DNA of 43,597 nt from Conidiobolus incongruus B7586 (taxonomy: Eukaryota). Numbering within the stretch: position 1 is the first letter of the stretch; each line of letters begins with the position of its first letter. The stretch is from contig JNEM01013603.1 of assembly GCA_000697335.1 (NCBI GenBank), positions 1 to 43,597 on the forward strand, given 5' to 3'. The notes beneath the pieces are model-generated. The model did no database searches and was not told where the DNA came from. It saw nothing but the letters and a program-made list of their open reading frames with translations. Below are positions 1 to 11,933 of the stretch, in pieces. The position numbers and the translations under genes were made by a program.

Positions 1-1011
1 AATATTTTATAATAAATATAATTATATAATTAAAATAATTAAATGAATTTTGAAATAATATTAAAACTATTAACTATAAGCTATTCTATTTAAATTTAAT
101 ATAAAACTTATTATTAATTATTTTTCCATTAATAATTGAATTAAAGTTTAATATTACTATAAAATTAGAAAATTAGGAAATTTTTTAATTTTTGATTTTT
201 TAAACATATTATTAGTTAAAAATAAAAATATATATATAAAACAAATAGGAAAATAAATAGTTTTGAATTATATATATATATATATATTAATTTTTTTGAT
301 TAAAAAATTTATTTTTTAAAATTAGTTGTTTAATTTAATTATAATTAAACAAAATAATAACCATTAAAAGTTTTTTATTTTAATATTAGTAAAACTTAAC
401 CACAAATCCTCTAAAATTATTTAAAATTTATAAGCAACTTTTGGTAATAAAGTATTATTTAAATCAATAATTTATTATTAGATAAATTATATTAAAACTA
501 AAAGAAAAATTATTTAAAACTTGTTAAAATTTAAAAGATTAATTTCAACTATTATTTTTCTAATTATTAATAAAGTGAATAATTATATTAAAAAACATCT
601 ATTTATTTTAGCTAAAAAATTATCAAGACATTTTAATATTAATTACATAAGTATTTTATATATATTAAAGTTTAAATTAAAATTAATAAATAAAAATATA
701 AAATAGGTACCATATAATTTAACTAAAGCTTAAAAAAATTAGAGTAGCTATTGTTAAATAAAATTTACTAAGGTATAACTAGAAACTAAAGCTTTTACAT
801 CAAATTATAATAATTAATAAATCTTAAATTATTTTGTATAATCTTTTTTTAAAATATAAATGAAATTGTTAGATTAAATTAAATCAACTTTTTTTATAAA
901 TTCCTTTAAATAAATAGTATATTGATAAGTGAATGTTAATTGTTATAATAGATTATAATAGCATATGCTATTTTTATTTAGTTCTTAAAGGAAAATCAAT
1001 TAATAATAAAC

Positions 1012-1360
1012 TATATTATCCTAGTGCTAGAAACTAGGATAATTGTATTGAATTAAGTTAGAGTGTGGATAAGTTATAGGATTAGGATATAGTTATATAG
1101 AGTTTTATTGGAAGTTCTTGACAAAGACTTAGAGTTAGTTTCCTTCAGATAGATAGATAGATAGATAGTTGGATAGATGGATGAGTGAATAGATAGATAA
1201 CTGGATAAATAAATAGATAGATAGATCCCTGTTGTATTTCCCCTTTTTGATATTAGGATAAGAATAGATCAATTTAAGGGAAAGTAGAATAAGAGATAAA
1301 TTATAGGTAAACTGATATTAAAGGTAAATATATATGGACTAATTGGGTAGATACATAACA
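1012..1360. mobile_element. Solo LTR (second family) inserted in mariner copy 1
   Basis: 349-bp block absent from mariner copy 2. Flanked by 5-bp direct repeat TAAAC (1007-1011, 1361-1365). Ends TA..CA (TG..CA with G>A). Confidence 0.75.
1148..1225 (+). repeat. Imperfect (GATA)n microsatellite inside the solo LTR
   Basis: gatagatagatagatagata...gatagatagatagat with ggat/gaat variants. Confidence 0.85.
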
Positions 1361-1819
1361 TAAACTTTACACTTTTTTTTTAAATAAAACTATTTCTAAT
1401 TGGTATTTTTAATATAATTTAAGAAGATTTATTATTCTGTATAATAATTGCAAAATATATTAATTTAAAGTTATAAAAAACTTTCTAATTAAAAATAACT
1501 GGAAAAAACTACTATATCTAGTATATTCTTTAGATTATAACCTATGTAATTATAATTGTTTTAGGTAATTAAAAAACTAGCTTATAGGAAAGAAAATTTC
1601 TACAAAAAAATTTAATTGGTTTATAAAACATCAAATTTCAATCTTTAATAAAAAACTATTTTTTAAATATTATATATTTACTAATAATATAGCAAAAAGT
1701 TATTAGAAATAAAAGAAATTATTAAATCTATTTTATATATTTATTTTTATTTTTTATATATTATAATATTTATTTTTATTAATTATAAAAAATTCCCATT
1801 ATTTAAATTATAAAGTAAT

Positions 1820-2219
1820 TGTTAAAAGATTAATTCTTTAAATTCTTATATATACTTTCATATAATCCAATTAACTATAAATTATATGATTAATTTATAC
1901 TTATATAGTTAAATTAATTGTATAAATAGTATTAAATCATCTAATAAACAAGGTTCCTCTTTTTTCCTCTCAATTCTTACTATTTTTTACTTTTACACTA
2001 TTTCTAAAATTGAGACTATATTCTATTGATATTATAGGATATTGGTACTACCTAATATAAATCTTAATATATTGGTGACTCATCTTAGTTTGAAGCTTAA
2101 TTAAACTTTGTTTACACTTGCATGCTACAGCCACATTATATTACTATATTCTACACCACACTACTTTTATATTAAGTTTTCCTCTACACTATATTAGTTT
2201 AACTACTACTATATTTATA
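1820..2219 (+). repeat. 5' LTR
   Basis: Starts TGTTAA, ends ...TTATA (CA>TA). Aligns gap-free with 7138-7537. Confidence 0.95.
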
Positions 2220-2230
2220 TGGTAGCAACA
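2220..2230 (+). other. Primer-binding site, probably initiator tRNA-Met
   Basis: TGGTAGC directly after the 5' LTR is complementary to the ...GCUACCA 3' end of eukaryotic tRNAiMet. Confidence 0.65.
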
Positions 2231-2345
2231 ATAAAACTATTAAAAACCTACTAGAAATTAATAATTATCTGTATCAAACCTAATTATTACTATTTTAAAT
2301 TTTATTTATAATTTATTTCATTTAAATTTAATACTATACACTATA

Positions 2346-5300
2346 ATACCACTAAAAAAAGAGATATCTTTATATTATTTTAATAATGATAACAGCTTAA
2401 TTACTGAGTGAATCTAAGACTTTAGTCTCTAAAAGCTTACTACCCTCTAAGAAGCTTATATTAGACAACTTTGGATTGAAAAAAATATGTCTCAAAAAGC
2501 TTAAATCTAATAAACCAGCTACTTCACTATAGTTAATATATTAAACCACCTCTTTAGTGTTTTTAAAGACAAATTAACTACTTATGATAGTTTAAAAAAC
2601 CTTTACAAGCTTGAAAACTACTTTAAAAACATGAAGAATTACTTTAATTTGATTCTTGATGAAGATCTAGAGAATATCCTTAAATTAGCTACTTCTTTTT
2701 TAGAAAAATCTACTTTTACTTGGTAGTTAACTTATTACAAGCTTAATCCTAAAGAATCTTCAAGAGGATAACTTACTACAAAAATATAAACTTTTAAACA
2801 ATTAGAAAAAGCTTTTAAAGAGAGGTATTACCTAAAAGATTAAATTTGATTAACAAGAGAAAAGCTTTCCTAGCTTAAATAAAAAACTTCTACAAGATAA
2901 TTAATTGAGAAATTTAATGAGATATACTTAAATATATTAAATATCACTGAAGAAGAATAAATCTACAAACTATTATAATACTTTAACTTTTAAGTGAAGC
3001 TTTAATTAGTTAGTAGGGAATACTTTGATAATATATCTTTTTCTAACATTTGTGATGCAGCAATTATAATTGATGATATTTTTTACTTTATAACTAAATT
3101 TTCCCACCTTAAAAATTAATCTTTTAAACCTTACTCTAACCTACTTAAGTTTTAAATGATAAATGTTTCTACTTTAAAGCTTTATGAGAAAACCTTTAGT
3201 GAAGAAGTTAAAGCCTACTTGAGAACAAACAAAGGTTGTTATTACTGCTAAAAAACTTAAGTTAACTATAAAGCTAATAAATACCCTTTAAAGAAGCAAT
3301 ATCTGTTTAATTCTCAATAATCCCAACCTACCAACCATAAATCAAACCTGAATAATATTAATATAACCCTAGAATTACCCTTTTTATAATTAGTTAGTAA
3401 ATTTTAATTTAATCCACAAAAGTTCTAATAAACCAATGATTCCACAAATTAAACTATGTATACTAGAGAAATCTAACTGATTAAACCACTAGAAACTAGA
3501 AATATTCTAGTAACTAATCTACCTTATAATTCTTTACCTTTAACTATCACCCTATTGTTTATATTAACTAGTTCTTTTATAAATATACTTGTTAGTGTTT
3601 TAATTAACTCTGGTTGTTTTAATTATATTATCTCTTCTTTTATTGTTGTAAAGCTATCTTTACCTACTTAAAAAAGTAACTTGATAATTAAATATGCTAA
3701 CAACTTAATAGAATAAATATTTGGTACTGTATTTAAATACCTATTATTATTTCTTAACTATTCCCAATATATTAAATTCTTAGTTGGCAACATTAGTTAT
3801 AATTTTATACTAGGTTAAAATTAGTTTGAATATCATAGTTTTATATCTATAGATATTACCCTAAAAAGTTACAAATCTATTTCTTTCACATTCTAAAAGA
3901 AATTAGTGGAATTAATCTTAAAAAATCTATATTACCCTACTATAAAATTATTAAATACTTTACCTAACACTAACTCTACAATTGTAGCAAATAATTCTAT
4001 TATTATAAGTAAAAATCAATGTAAAAAGCTAATCAAAAACCTAAATAATTTATAGGGATATATATTTGTTTATTATTTATCTATCAACATTTCATCTGTT
4101 GATTTTAATAAAGTTATATCTAATAACCACTTCCTATACAATACAATAAGTTAATTTGCTAATGTTTTTGAACCTATAAATAAATTACCACTTAAATATA
4201 ATATTGAACACAAAATTAAATTAATCCCTGGTATACAATTATACTTAAAACTTACCTACCATTTATCTCTTGAACAATATCAAACCTTAAAAGAAGAAAT
4301 CTAAAAACTACTTGAAAATAAATACATTAGACCTTTTTCCTCACTATAAAAATCTCTAATCCTCTTTATATAAAAGGTTGATGGTGGTTAGAGATTATAT
4401 ATTGATAACTGTGTTTTAAACTCTAAAACTATCAAGGATAAAACCCTATTACTAAACCTATATAATGTTAAGGATAAACTACTTAGATCAACTATATTTA
4501 TTAAACTAGATGTTAAGAATAAATATTACAACATTAGAGTTGAAGAAAACTTTATCCTTTTAATTGTTTTCAACACTCTTTTAAGCTACTATAAATTTAC
4601 TATCATAAACTTTAGATTGTGTAATGCCCCTATAATTTTCACTTAATTTATCAATTCCCTTTTCAACCTTGTTTTTAATAACTTTATTATCACCTACCTT
4701 AATAATATCTTAATCTATTCAAAAACTAAAGAAGAATATATTTAACATGTTAATTAAATTTTACAAATTATCCAAAAATATAAATTACCTTTAAAACTAT
4801 TAAAATACATCTTTAGTGCCTCTTCTATCTTTTTCTATAGTTATATTGTTTCCTCTTAAAGAATTAGTATTGATCTAACTAAACTCAATAGTGTTAAAGC
4901 TTTTACTATACTTATAAACAAAAATTAACTTATGTTTATACTTAGATTATTGAATTACTTTAAAGATTTTATTGATTTTTTTGTTGAACTTATTACTCTT
5001 CTTACTAATCTCTTAAAGAAAGACTCTCTTTTTAAATAAACCCCACTATATACTTTTTGTATAAATGCTTTGATTTTCTATATTACCAATGCTTTTGCTT
5101 TATTTATCTTCAATTTAAAACTACCTACTATTATTTTTACTAACTCTAATTCTTTTATAATTAGTGGATAATTAACTTAGTTTGAATTTAATTTATATTT
5201 TACCCTATAACTATAGGATAAAATAATAAATAAGGGAGAACAAGTTGAGTTTAACCCTACAAATGTTATTTTAAAACTAATAACATTCTAGTTAAGAAAA

Positions 5301-7151
5301 ATAAAACCAGCTGAATTGAAATACCTAGTTGATAAACAAAAACTTTTTGCTTTAGTAGAAATAATCAAAAATCACTTATATTTCTTATCCTACAACTTTT
5401 TCTTAATACTTACAGATTATAAATTACTTATCTACTTAAATACTTAGAAGCATTTATTAAGAAAATAAGTTAGATAGATTAAAACTATCCAAGCTTATTT
5501 TTTCTTTATTTAATATCTTTTAGGTTAATAAAACTATGCTGTAGATACTTTGTTAAGAAATCTTACATACTTACCCTTTTGTTCTAATTGTAAAAATCCA
5601 GCAAATATTAACTCAATGATTATTAATGAAGGAAATAAAGAATTTATTAAACTACTTTAAGAAACACTATTAAATAATAATTTCTTTATTTCAGTTAAAG
5701 AAGAACTCTTTAAACTATTAGAAAACTAACTAAAATATGTCAAAAGATTTAAAATTATCAATAACTTACTATATTATAATGATTGTCTATATAATCCTAA
5801 TATCCCCAAGATCTAACAAATAATATTTGATGAATGCTATAACTTACTTGTTAGAGAACATTAAAACTAGTTAAAAACTGTTGAGAGAATTAAAACAAAG
5901 TATTACTAGCTTTCCCTAGTTAAATCAATTTAGAAATACACTAATACTTGTAATATATACTAAAAAACTAAATATAATTCTCAACTAAAATATAATAAAC
6001 TTATTCCCTTACAAGTCCCTAATGAAATTTAACAACAAATCCAACTTGATTTCATAGAAATCTTTAAATCAACAAATGGTTATAATAACTTACTAATTGT
6101 AATTGATTTATTTTCCAAATATGTTTATTTTATTCCTTGTTTCAAAACTTCTACAGCTAAAGATATTATATAATAGTTATTCTTTAATATCTTTAACTAC
6201 TATAAAATTCTACAAACTATTATATTTGATAAAGATATACAATTCAACTCTTAATTTTAAAAGTTACTATCTTTTTCCTTTAAGATTAACCTAACTATAT
6301 CTACTACTAATCATTATTAAACCAATAAACTTGTTGAAAAAACTATTAAAACCTTAAAGTAAATAATTAAAGCCTATATTAACACTAATCAGTTAAATTA
6401 AAATACCTATATCTACCAACTCTAATATTTATTCAACATTTTTATCAATAAATCAACAGGTTTTAACCCTTATTTCATCAATTATAATAAACATCCTAAC
6501 TTAATAATTACTCTAAAACTTCAAATCAACTTACCTTTAAACATTGTTGAATTTTAATCTAATATCAAACATATCAATTCTCTTGTTAAATTTAACTTAG
6601 AAGAAAATTAAAGGATTATAGAACAATAATACTTAAAGTTATCTAGAAACCCTTTTAAATATAAAACTAGTATGTTTATATACTTAGAATAATCTACCCT
6701 TAAACCTACCTTATTTAAATCTAGCTTAAATCCCAAATACTTACTATTATATTATAGTCCCTATAAAATTTAATCTATTAATTCAAATTTTGAAAATATT
6801 ACCTTAGAATTACCTCTAACCTTGAGGATCAACCCTACCTTTTACATATCTAAAATTAAACCATACTTTAAAGATTTTAACACTTTTCTTAATTAATTAA
6901 AAACCCCAAAACTAGATCTAATTATTAATTAAGATGGAGAAGAAAAATACTATGTTGATTATATAATTAAGTCTAAATCTATTAGGAATAAGTTTTATTT
7001 TTATATAAAATAGATGGGTTATCCTATTAAAAAAGCTACATAAGAACCTCTAGAAAATATTAAGAATATTTTAGCTTATTATACCTATTTGTAAAAAATT
7101 AAGGAATGTGTCTTCTCTAAAAAACCTACTAGGGGAGTATTAAGAGACTAG
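2346..7151 (+). pseudogene. gag-pol polyprotein pseudogene (single frame, many nonsense codons)
   Basis: All motifs lie in one frame: start-like ata cca cta aaa (MPPK, ~2346), gag 'REKLS*LK*' (~2856), Zn knuckle 'GCYYC*KT*VNYKANKYP' (~3234), protease 'LINSG' (=LIDSG, 3600-3614), RT 'G*RLYIDN', 'FRLCNAP', 'YLNN' (=YLDD, 4695-4706), RNase H 'LTDYKLL', 'VDTLLR', integrase 'TC..Y*K', 'I*QQIQLDF', 'SPYKI', chromodomain 'YYVDYII...YIK*MGYP...AT*EPLEN' (~6948-7060). Confidence 0.92.
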
Positions 7152-7537
7152 TTCTTTAAATTCTTATATATACTTTCATATAATCCAATTAACTATAAAT
7201 TATATGATTAATTTATACTTATATAATTAAATTAATTGTATAAATAGTATTAAATCATCTAATAAATGAGGTTCCTCTTTTTTCCTCTTAATTCTTACTA
7301 TTTCTTACTTTTACATTATTTCTAAAATTAAGACTATATTCTGTTAATATTGTAGGATATTGGCACTACCTAATATAAATCTTAATATATCAGTGACTCA
7401 TCCTAGTTTGAAGCTTAATTAAACTTTGTTTACACTTGCACACTACAGCCACATTATATTACCACATTCTACACCACACTACTTTTATATTAAGTCTTCC
7501 TCTGCACTATATTAGTTTAACTACCACTACACTTACA
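7138..7537 (+). repeat. 3' LTR
   Basis: Starts TATTAA (TG>TA) right after the PPT, ends CTTACA, followed by TSD GTAAT. Confidence 0.95.
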
Positions 7538-9543
7538 GTAATATATATTAATATATTAATATATTAATTAATGTTTACTTATAATTTAATATATATTAAA
7601 TTATAATTAATAAATATGATTATATCATTTTAATTTTGAAATTTAATATATTTTAATCATAGAATTATATAATATGATTTAAAAATCTTTAATTAATTAA
7701 AATTATTTTAAATTCTTTAATATTTAATTACAATTTAGTAAGCTTTTTTTTATTATAGATTTTTTAGCTTATTTTATTTTTAGTTAATAATAACAAGTTT
7801 ATTATATATTTTTATTGATTAATATAGGCTTTATTTTATTTATTAGATATTATTTTTTAGATAATATCGATAAACTATTATAATAATATATTTAAAATAT
7901 AATGATATTTTAATATATTAAATAATATATTAATTTATAAAAATTAAAAATAAAACTTATATTTTTATGTTAAAAAAATATTTATTAGTTTTTCTTTTAG
8001 TTTTGAAAAATTTATTTAGCAATAGATAATCAATATTAATAAAACATTATTTTTATAAATCATTAATAAAATTTAAATAATTTCAAAAATTATATTGCTA
8101 AGTTTTACTAATATTAAAATAACAAATTTTTGTTAACTATTATTTAATCTAAATATGATTAATTTTAATAATATATTTTTAAAAGTTAATTTCTTAATAA
8201 AAAACTTATATTATATATATTTAGTTTAAAGCTATAAATTTTTATATTCATTTTGAATTTATTTGTTTCTTTGAAAATTCAAAAATTAAGAAATTTCAAA
8301 TTTTTGCAATTCCTAGGTAATAATAAAATTAAAATATACTTAAAATGGAGCTTTGATAATTTATAGTTTTCTCAATTATATTATACTATTATAACTCAGG
8401 TTTATATAATTTTAGTAATGAATATAATAAATTACTAAATTAACAAATAAAAGCCTTATAATATAATCTAGATTTTGGAAATATATATATTTGTTGCTAA
8501 AAAATTATTATTATTATTATTTGCAAAAATATTCTATAATTAGATATTATAAATCAAATTTCATAAAAAACATCAAAGAATTATAACAATATATGAGAAA
8601 ACAATTTATTATTAAAAAAATATCATTTTTTTCAAGGAACTAAAGAATCCAATAGATAGTTTCGCATAATATTATAAATATTTATTAAGGTTTTAAAGTA
8701 TTAAAGTATTAAAATTAAAAATTAAATCATTTCAAAATAATGTATTTAAAATTTGAAAAATTAATTTCAGATTTTTCTATGTACTGTTTTTTGAAACGTT
8801 TGCATCAAATATTGAATAATCGGTTTATATTAAGCAAATGATCAAATATAAATATAATGACTAACAACTCATATTTTCTAAACAGACTATTCCATTATCA
8901 ACAATACCTAATCTATAATCATTAAATTTAATTTAAATTTTTAAAGAATTATAAAAACTTGAATATTTTTTGTTGAAAATACAAATAATTAGGACTTGGC
9001 GTTCTTAAGTTCAAATTCAGAAAAATCCAATTCTAAAATTGTTAATAATATCCAATTTTTTCAAAAGTTTATATAATCTGTTTAGAATTATATTTTTCTT
9101 TAAAATTTATATTAATAAGAGAATTTTACAAGTATTTCAGTCATAATAATTTCAATTATCAATGGAGAAATTTACTAAGAATAGTTGATTGCAATAAAGA
9201 GCACGTCAAATATTTTTAGCCATATTTTTATATATTTATTATGATATTGGATAAAAAATTGAAGGTTATATAATATCAAGAGTTGAAATTAAAAATAAGT
9301 AGCAAATTATCATTGTTCAAATAGAATTGAATTTAGCTGGAACGCGATATTATTAAAAATACTATATACTTAATACAATTGACTCTATTGTGGATATTTT
9401 GTTTTAGAATTTGTTTTTCCAAGTCAAAAATAAATATGAATTCGGTCAAATTACTCAATTTAAGACAAATTGATTCATTGCAACTAAAATTAGAATTCAA
9501 TTTCATTTAGATTAATCCCAAATTGAGAGAGAATTTGGTCGAG

Positions 9544-9550
9544 TATAAAT
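9544..9550 (+). promoter_or_regulatory. Putative TATA box of the Zn2Cys6 gene
   Basis: TATAAAT ~55 nt upstream of ATG 9602. Weak evidence in AT-rich DNA. Confidence 0.3.
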
Positions 9551-9601
9551 AACCCTCGTATTCCTCTGGAATCTTTAAATTAATAATTAAATGAATTTAT
9601 A

Positions 9602-11304
9602 ATGACAACTGATATTATTTTAATAAATCAACAAATCTCTAACATTCATTGTACGCTATGTAGAAAGAAAAAATTAAAATGTGACAGGAAGTTACCCCAG
9701 TGTGGCAGGTGCGTTATGAATAATATTCAATGTGAATATGTTAAAAAGAGTAGATTTTATAAATTTCAATTTAAAATTGAAAATCCTAAAGATTTAAAAG
9801 CTTACCATAATCAAGGTAGTCCTATAATCATATATTAAAGATCAGTTTTAAATGATATTATATTCATTTAGTCTGTTATCAACTTACAAAATCCTTATCT
9901 TTTTCAAATAAGAGTTGGAGCGACAGTAACGATACGTTACTGTCACCTTTACATAGGGCAACTTCAGTGGATGAAATTATTAGATTCGCATTTAACTACC
10001 CATATACCAATTATTACCAGATCGGAAATAATCTAAGTACTGACCAATATCTTAATCGCAAAATCCAATACAGTTTGGACAAGTATCCCATCGAAGTAAT
10101 TGGTAAAGATAATAGCAAACAATTTATTATTTATTCACTCTCACCAACCGCTCGCCCACTCTATTTATTGACCCAGAAGACTTTTTGGAATGAGTTGATT
10201 GAGTTATATGTACAAAATTTTCACCTTATGTTTCCCGTATTTAGTTTAAGATACTTTGACCCAGATACCGCTCCAAATCATCTTTTAGCTGCTATTTATT
10301 TAGCAGGATATTTGTATCGCGCAGAACGACCAATATGTGTGACCGATTACTTGGAAAAGTATACAGAGATTGCTACCAAGCGATGTGCCTATCATCCAAG
10401 TATATCGTCACTTCAAACGCTCTATATTATGGCGCAATATAGTCACTTTACTAATAATACTAGCAAACGTCGCATGTACCAGAGTTGTCTTACGCGATTG
10501 GCATATACTCTGGGACTTCATCATCCTTTAAAGAATAATAATCCATTACTACGTTATGAAGCAGATCTTATATGGAGTAGAATCACTCTACTTAACCTCA
10601 ATTTCTCAGGTGTATCGTTCGAACCTAATTATATTGTGAATTACCCCAGGTTTTTAACCGGCCTGAACCCCAGTTATCAATTACCGCACCCCAACTACAA
10701 TTTCGATCCCCAGAATGTGACAATTTCGGATGTAATCGCATTGTGCATTACGTACAACGTCATGTCTATTGACATCATCCTCCAGTACTATTGGGATAAT
10801 ATCAGGACTGCGAATCATGTCGAACGCATTTCGCACAAGTTGGAAACTAGGTGCGACAAGGGAGATGTGGAATTCCTCAGAGCGTGTCAATTTTACGACG
10901 ATTTGATCGAAAAGCACCCTAACTACAAGGATTCCATACTGACTTTCAAGACCAAGCTCAGTATTTACTGCAGCATTATGGACATTCACTACTTTAACGC
11001 AGATCCCGAAGACCCTACCGAAATCAACCGAGAAAAAATCGACAAGTTGATACAAAGCTGTCACGCACTGATCACCATTATGACCAATAATCCAGGATCA
11101 GCGAAACTCTATACTACTGGATTCTTAATAGCAGCTGGATTGGCATATTTAAAAGGACTAAAATTTGCTAATAAGTCACAAACCAATTTAATTTTAGCAG
11201 ATTTAGATTTTTTAATTGACTGGATTTTAAAGTATGGGGATGATTCTGCGAAATTGCCCTTGGTGATTTTGAAGTATGGGAGGAAAGATTGGCTAATGCA
11301 TTGA
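9602..11304 (+). CDS. Zn(II)2Cys6 fungal transcription factor, 2 exons: join(9602..9815,9872..11304), ~548 aa
   Basis: CTLCRKKKLKCDRKLPQCGRCVMNNIQC binuclear cluster. A 56-nt GT..AG intron joins ORF 9602 in frame to ORF 9967. Fungal_trans-like region 'ELIELYVQNFHLMFPVFS'. Confidence 0.92.
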
Positions 11305-11495
11305 TTGCATCTGTAATATTAATAAATCATAATTTAATATTTGATTATTATTTATTTGGAACAATTATATTATAAATAATAAATTAAGTTATAAAATACA
11401 GTGAATAAGAAACTTGAAATCATTACGAATGACGTAATGCCAGTCACACCAACAATGGAGAGTACATCGCTCTTGGACACATTGGATGAAGTAGG

Positions 11496-11933
11496 TTATG
11501 ATGAGGATCTTGCACCTGCACTGCTAGCCATTGTCTCACCGGGTTTACACAGCATATTTCCCATTGTTGATGCAGCATCTTTACTTCCGGATCCTCCAGC
11601 AGTTCCTGTAACACATAGTGCACCTCCATTGCTACTTTCACCTGAGCCTGGAGCACCTTCAGAGGCATCTGCTGTACCGTCACTACCACTAGCACCAGAT
11701 GCCCCTCCTGCACCACCAGCACTAGGGGTGCCTCCTGTACCAGCATCAGCAGTGCCAGGAGCAACACCGGTAGAACCGCCATCAACACCCGGAGCGTCTG
11801 AAGTACCATCGAGAGGGCCACCATCAAAACCAGGAATGCCGCTTGATGTACCGTTGACACCATTTGTATTCTGAGAACTTGTGAAACTAAGAGACAAAAT
11901 AGCAGTTAAAGTAATCGAATTAAGCAATTTCAT
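11496..11933 (-). CDS. Secreted Gly/Ala/Ser-rich protein, 145 aa; paralog of 13220-13852 whose GPI-type tail (11370-11495) lies behind an in-frame TAA (truncated gene or young pseudogene)
   Basis: Signal peptide MKLLNSITLTAILSLSFTSSQ. After the TAA the frame continues PTSSNVSKSDVLSIVGVTGITSFVMISSFLFTVFYN, homologous to the paralog's C-terminus. Confidence 0.8.
   Translation of the reverse strand: MKLLNSITLTAILSLSFTSSQNTNGVNGTSSGIPGFDGGPLDGTSDAPGVDGGSTGVAPGTADAGTGGTPSAGGAGGASGASGSDGTADASEGAPGSGESSNGGALCVTGTAGGSGSKDAASTMGNMLCKPGETMASSAGARSSS

Larger units (their letters stand above)
154..1818 (+). mobile_element. Degenerate Tc1/mariner (DD34D) DNA transposon, copy 1, interrupted by a solo LTR at 1012-1360
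   Basis: Relic transposase motifs: '*VPYNLTKA*KK..RV' (=WVPHxL) at ~704-745, 'IIIINKS*I' (=IVTxDExW) and 'NNWKKLLYLVYSLDYNLCNY' (=W..LPHPxYSPDxxPxD) at ~1494-1553. Imperfect ~30-bp TIRs (TTACTATAAAATTAGAAAATTAGGAAA / TTCCCATTATTTAAATTATAAAGTAA), TA at 152-153. Colinear with the reverse complement of 40657-41949. Confidence 0.88.
1820..7537 (+). mobile_element. Full-length, inactivated Ty3/Gypsy LTR retrotransposon (chromovirus type)
   Basis: Two 400-bp LTRs, 5-bp TSD GTAAT (1815-1819, 7538-7542), PBS-like TGGTAGC at 2220, PPT AGGGGAG at 7131-7137. Domain order gag-PR-RT-RH-IN-chromodomain. Confidence 0.95.

Noticed and set aside
521..706. 61-aa ORF (and 40969-41190) as independent genes
   Set aside because: They are stop-bounded fragments of the mariner transposase pseudogenes.
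6103..6294. 63-aa ORF
   Set aside because: Out-of-frame shadow within the integrase region.
2346..7151. Alternative genetic code (TAA/TAG=Gln) or organellar DNA explaining the in-frame stops
   Set aside because: Stops replace Trp as well as Gln, catalytic Asp residues are mutated, and host genes end in TAA with standard-code ORFs.
10681..11064. 127-aa minus-strand ORF
   Set aside because: Antisense shadow of the Zn2Cys6 gene.
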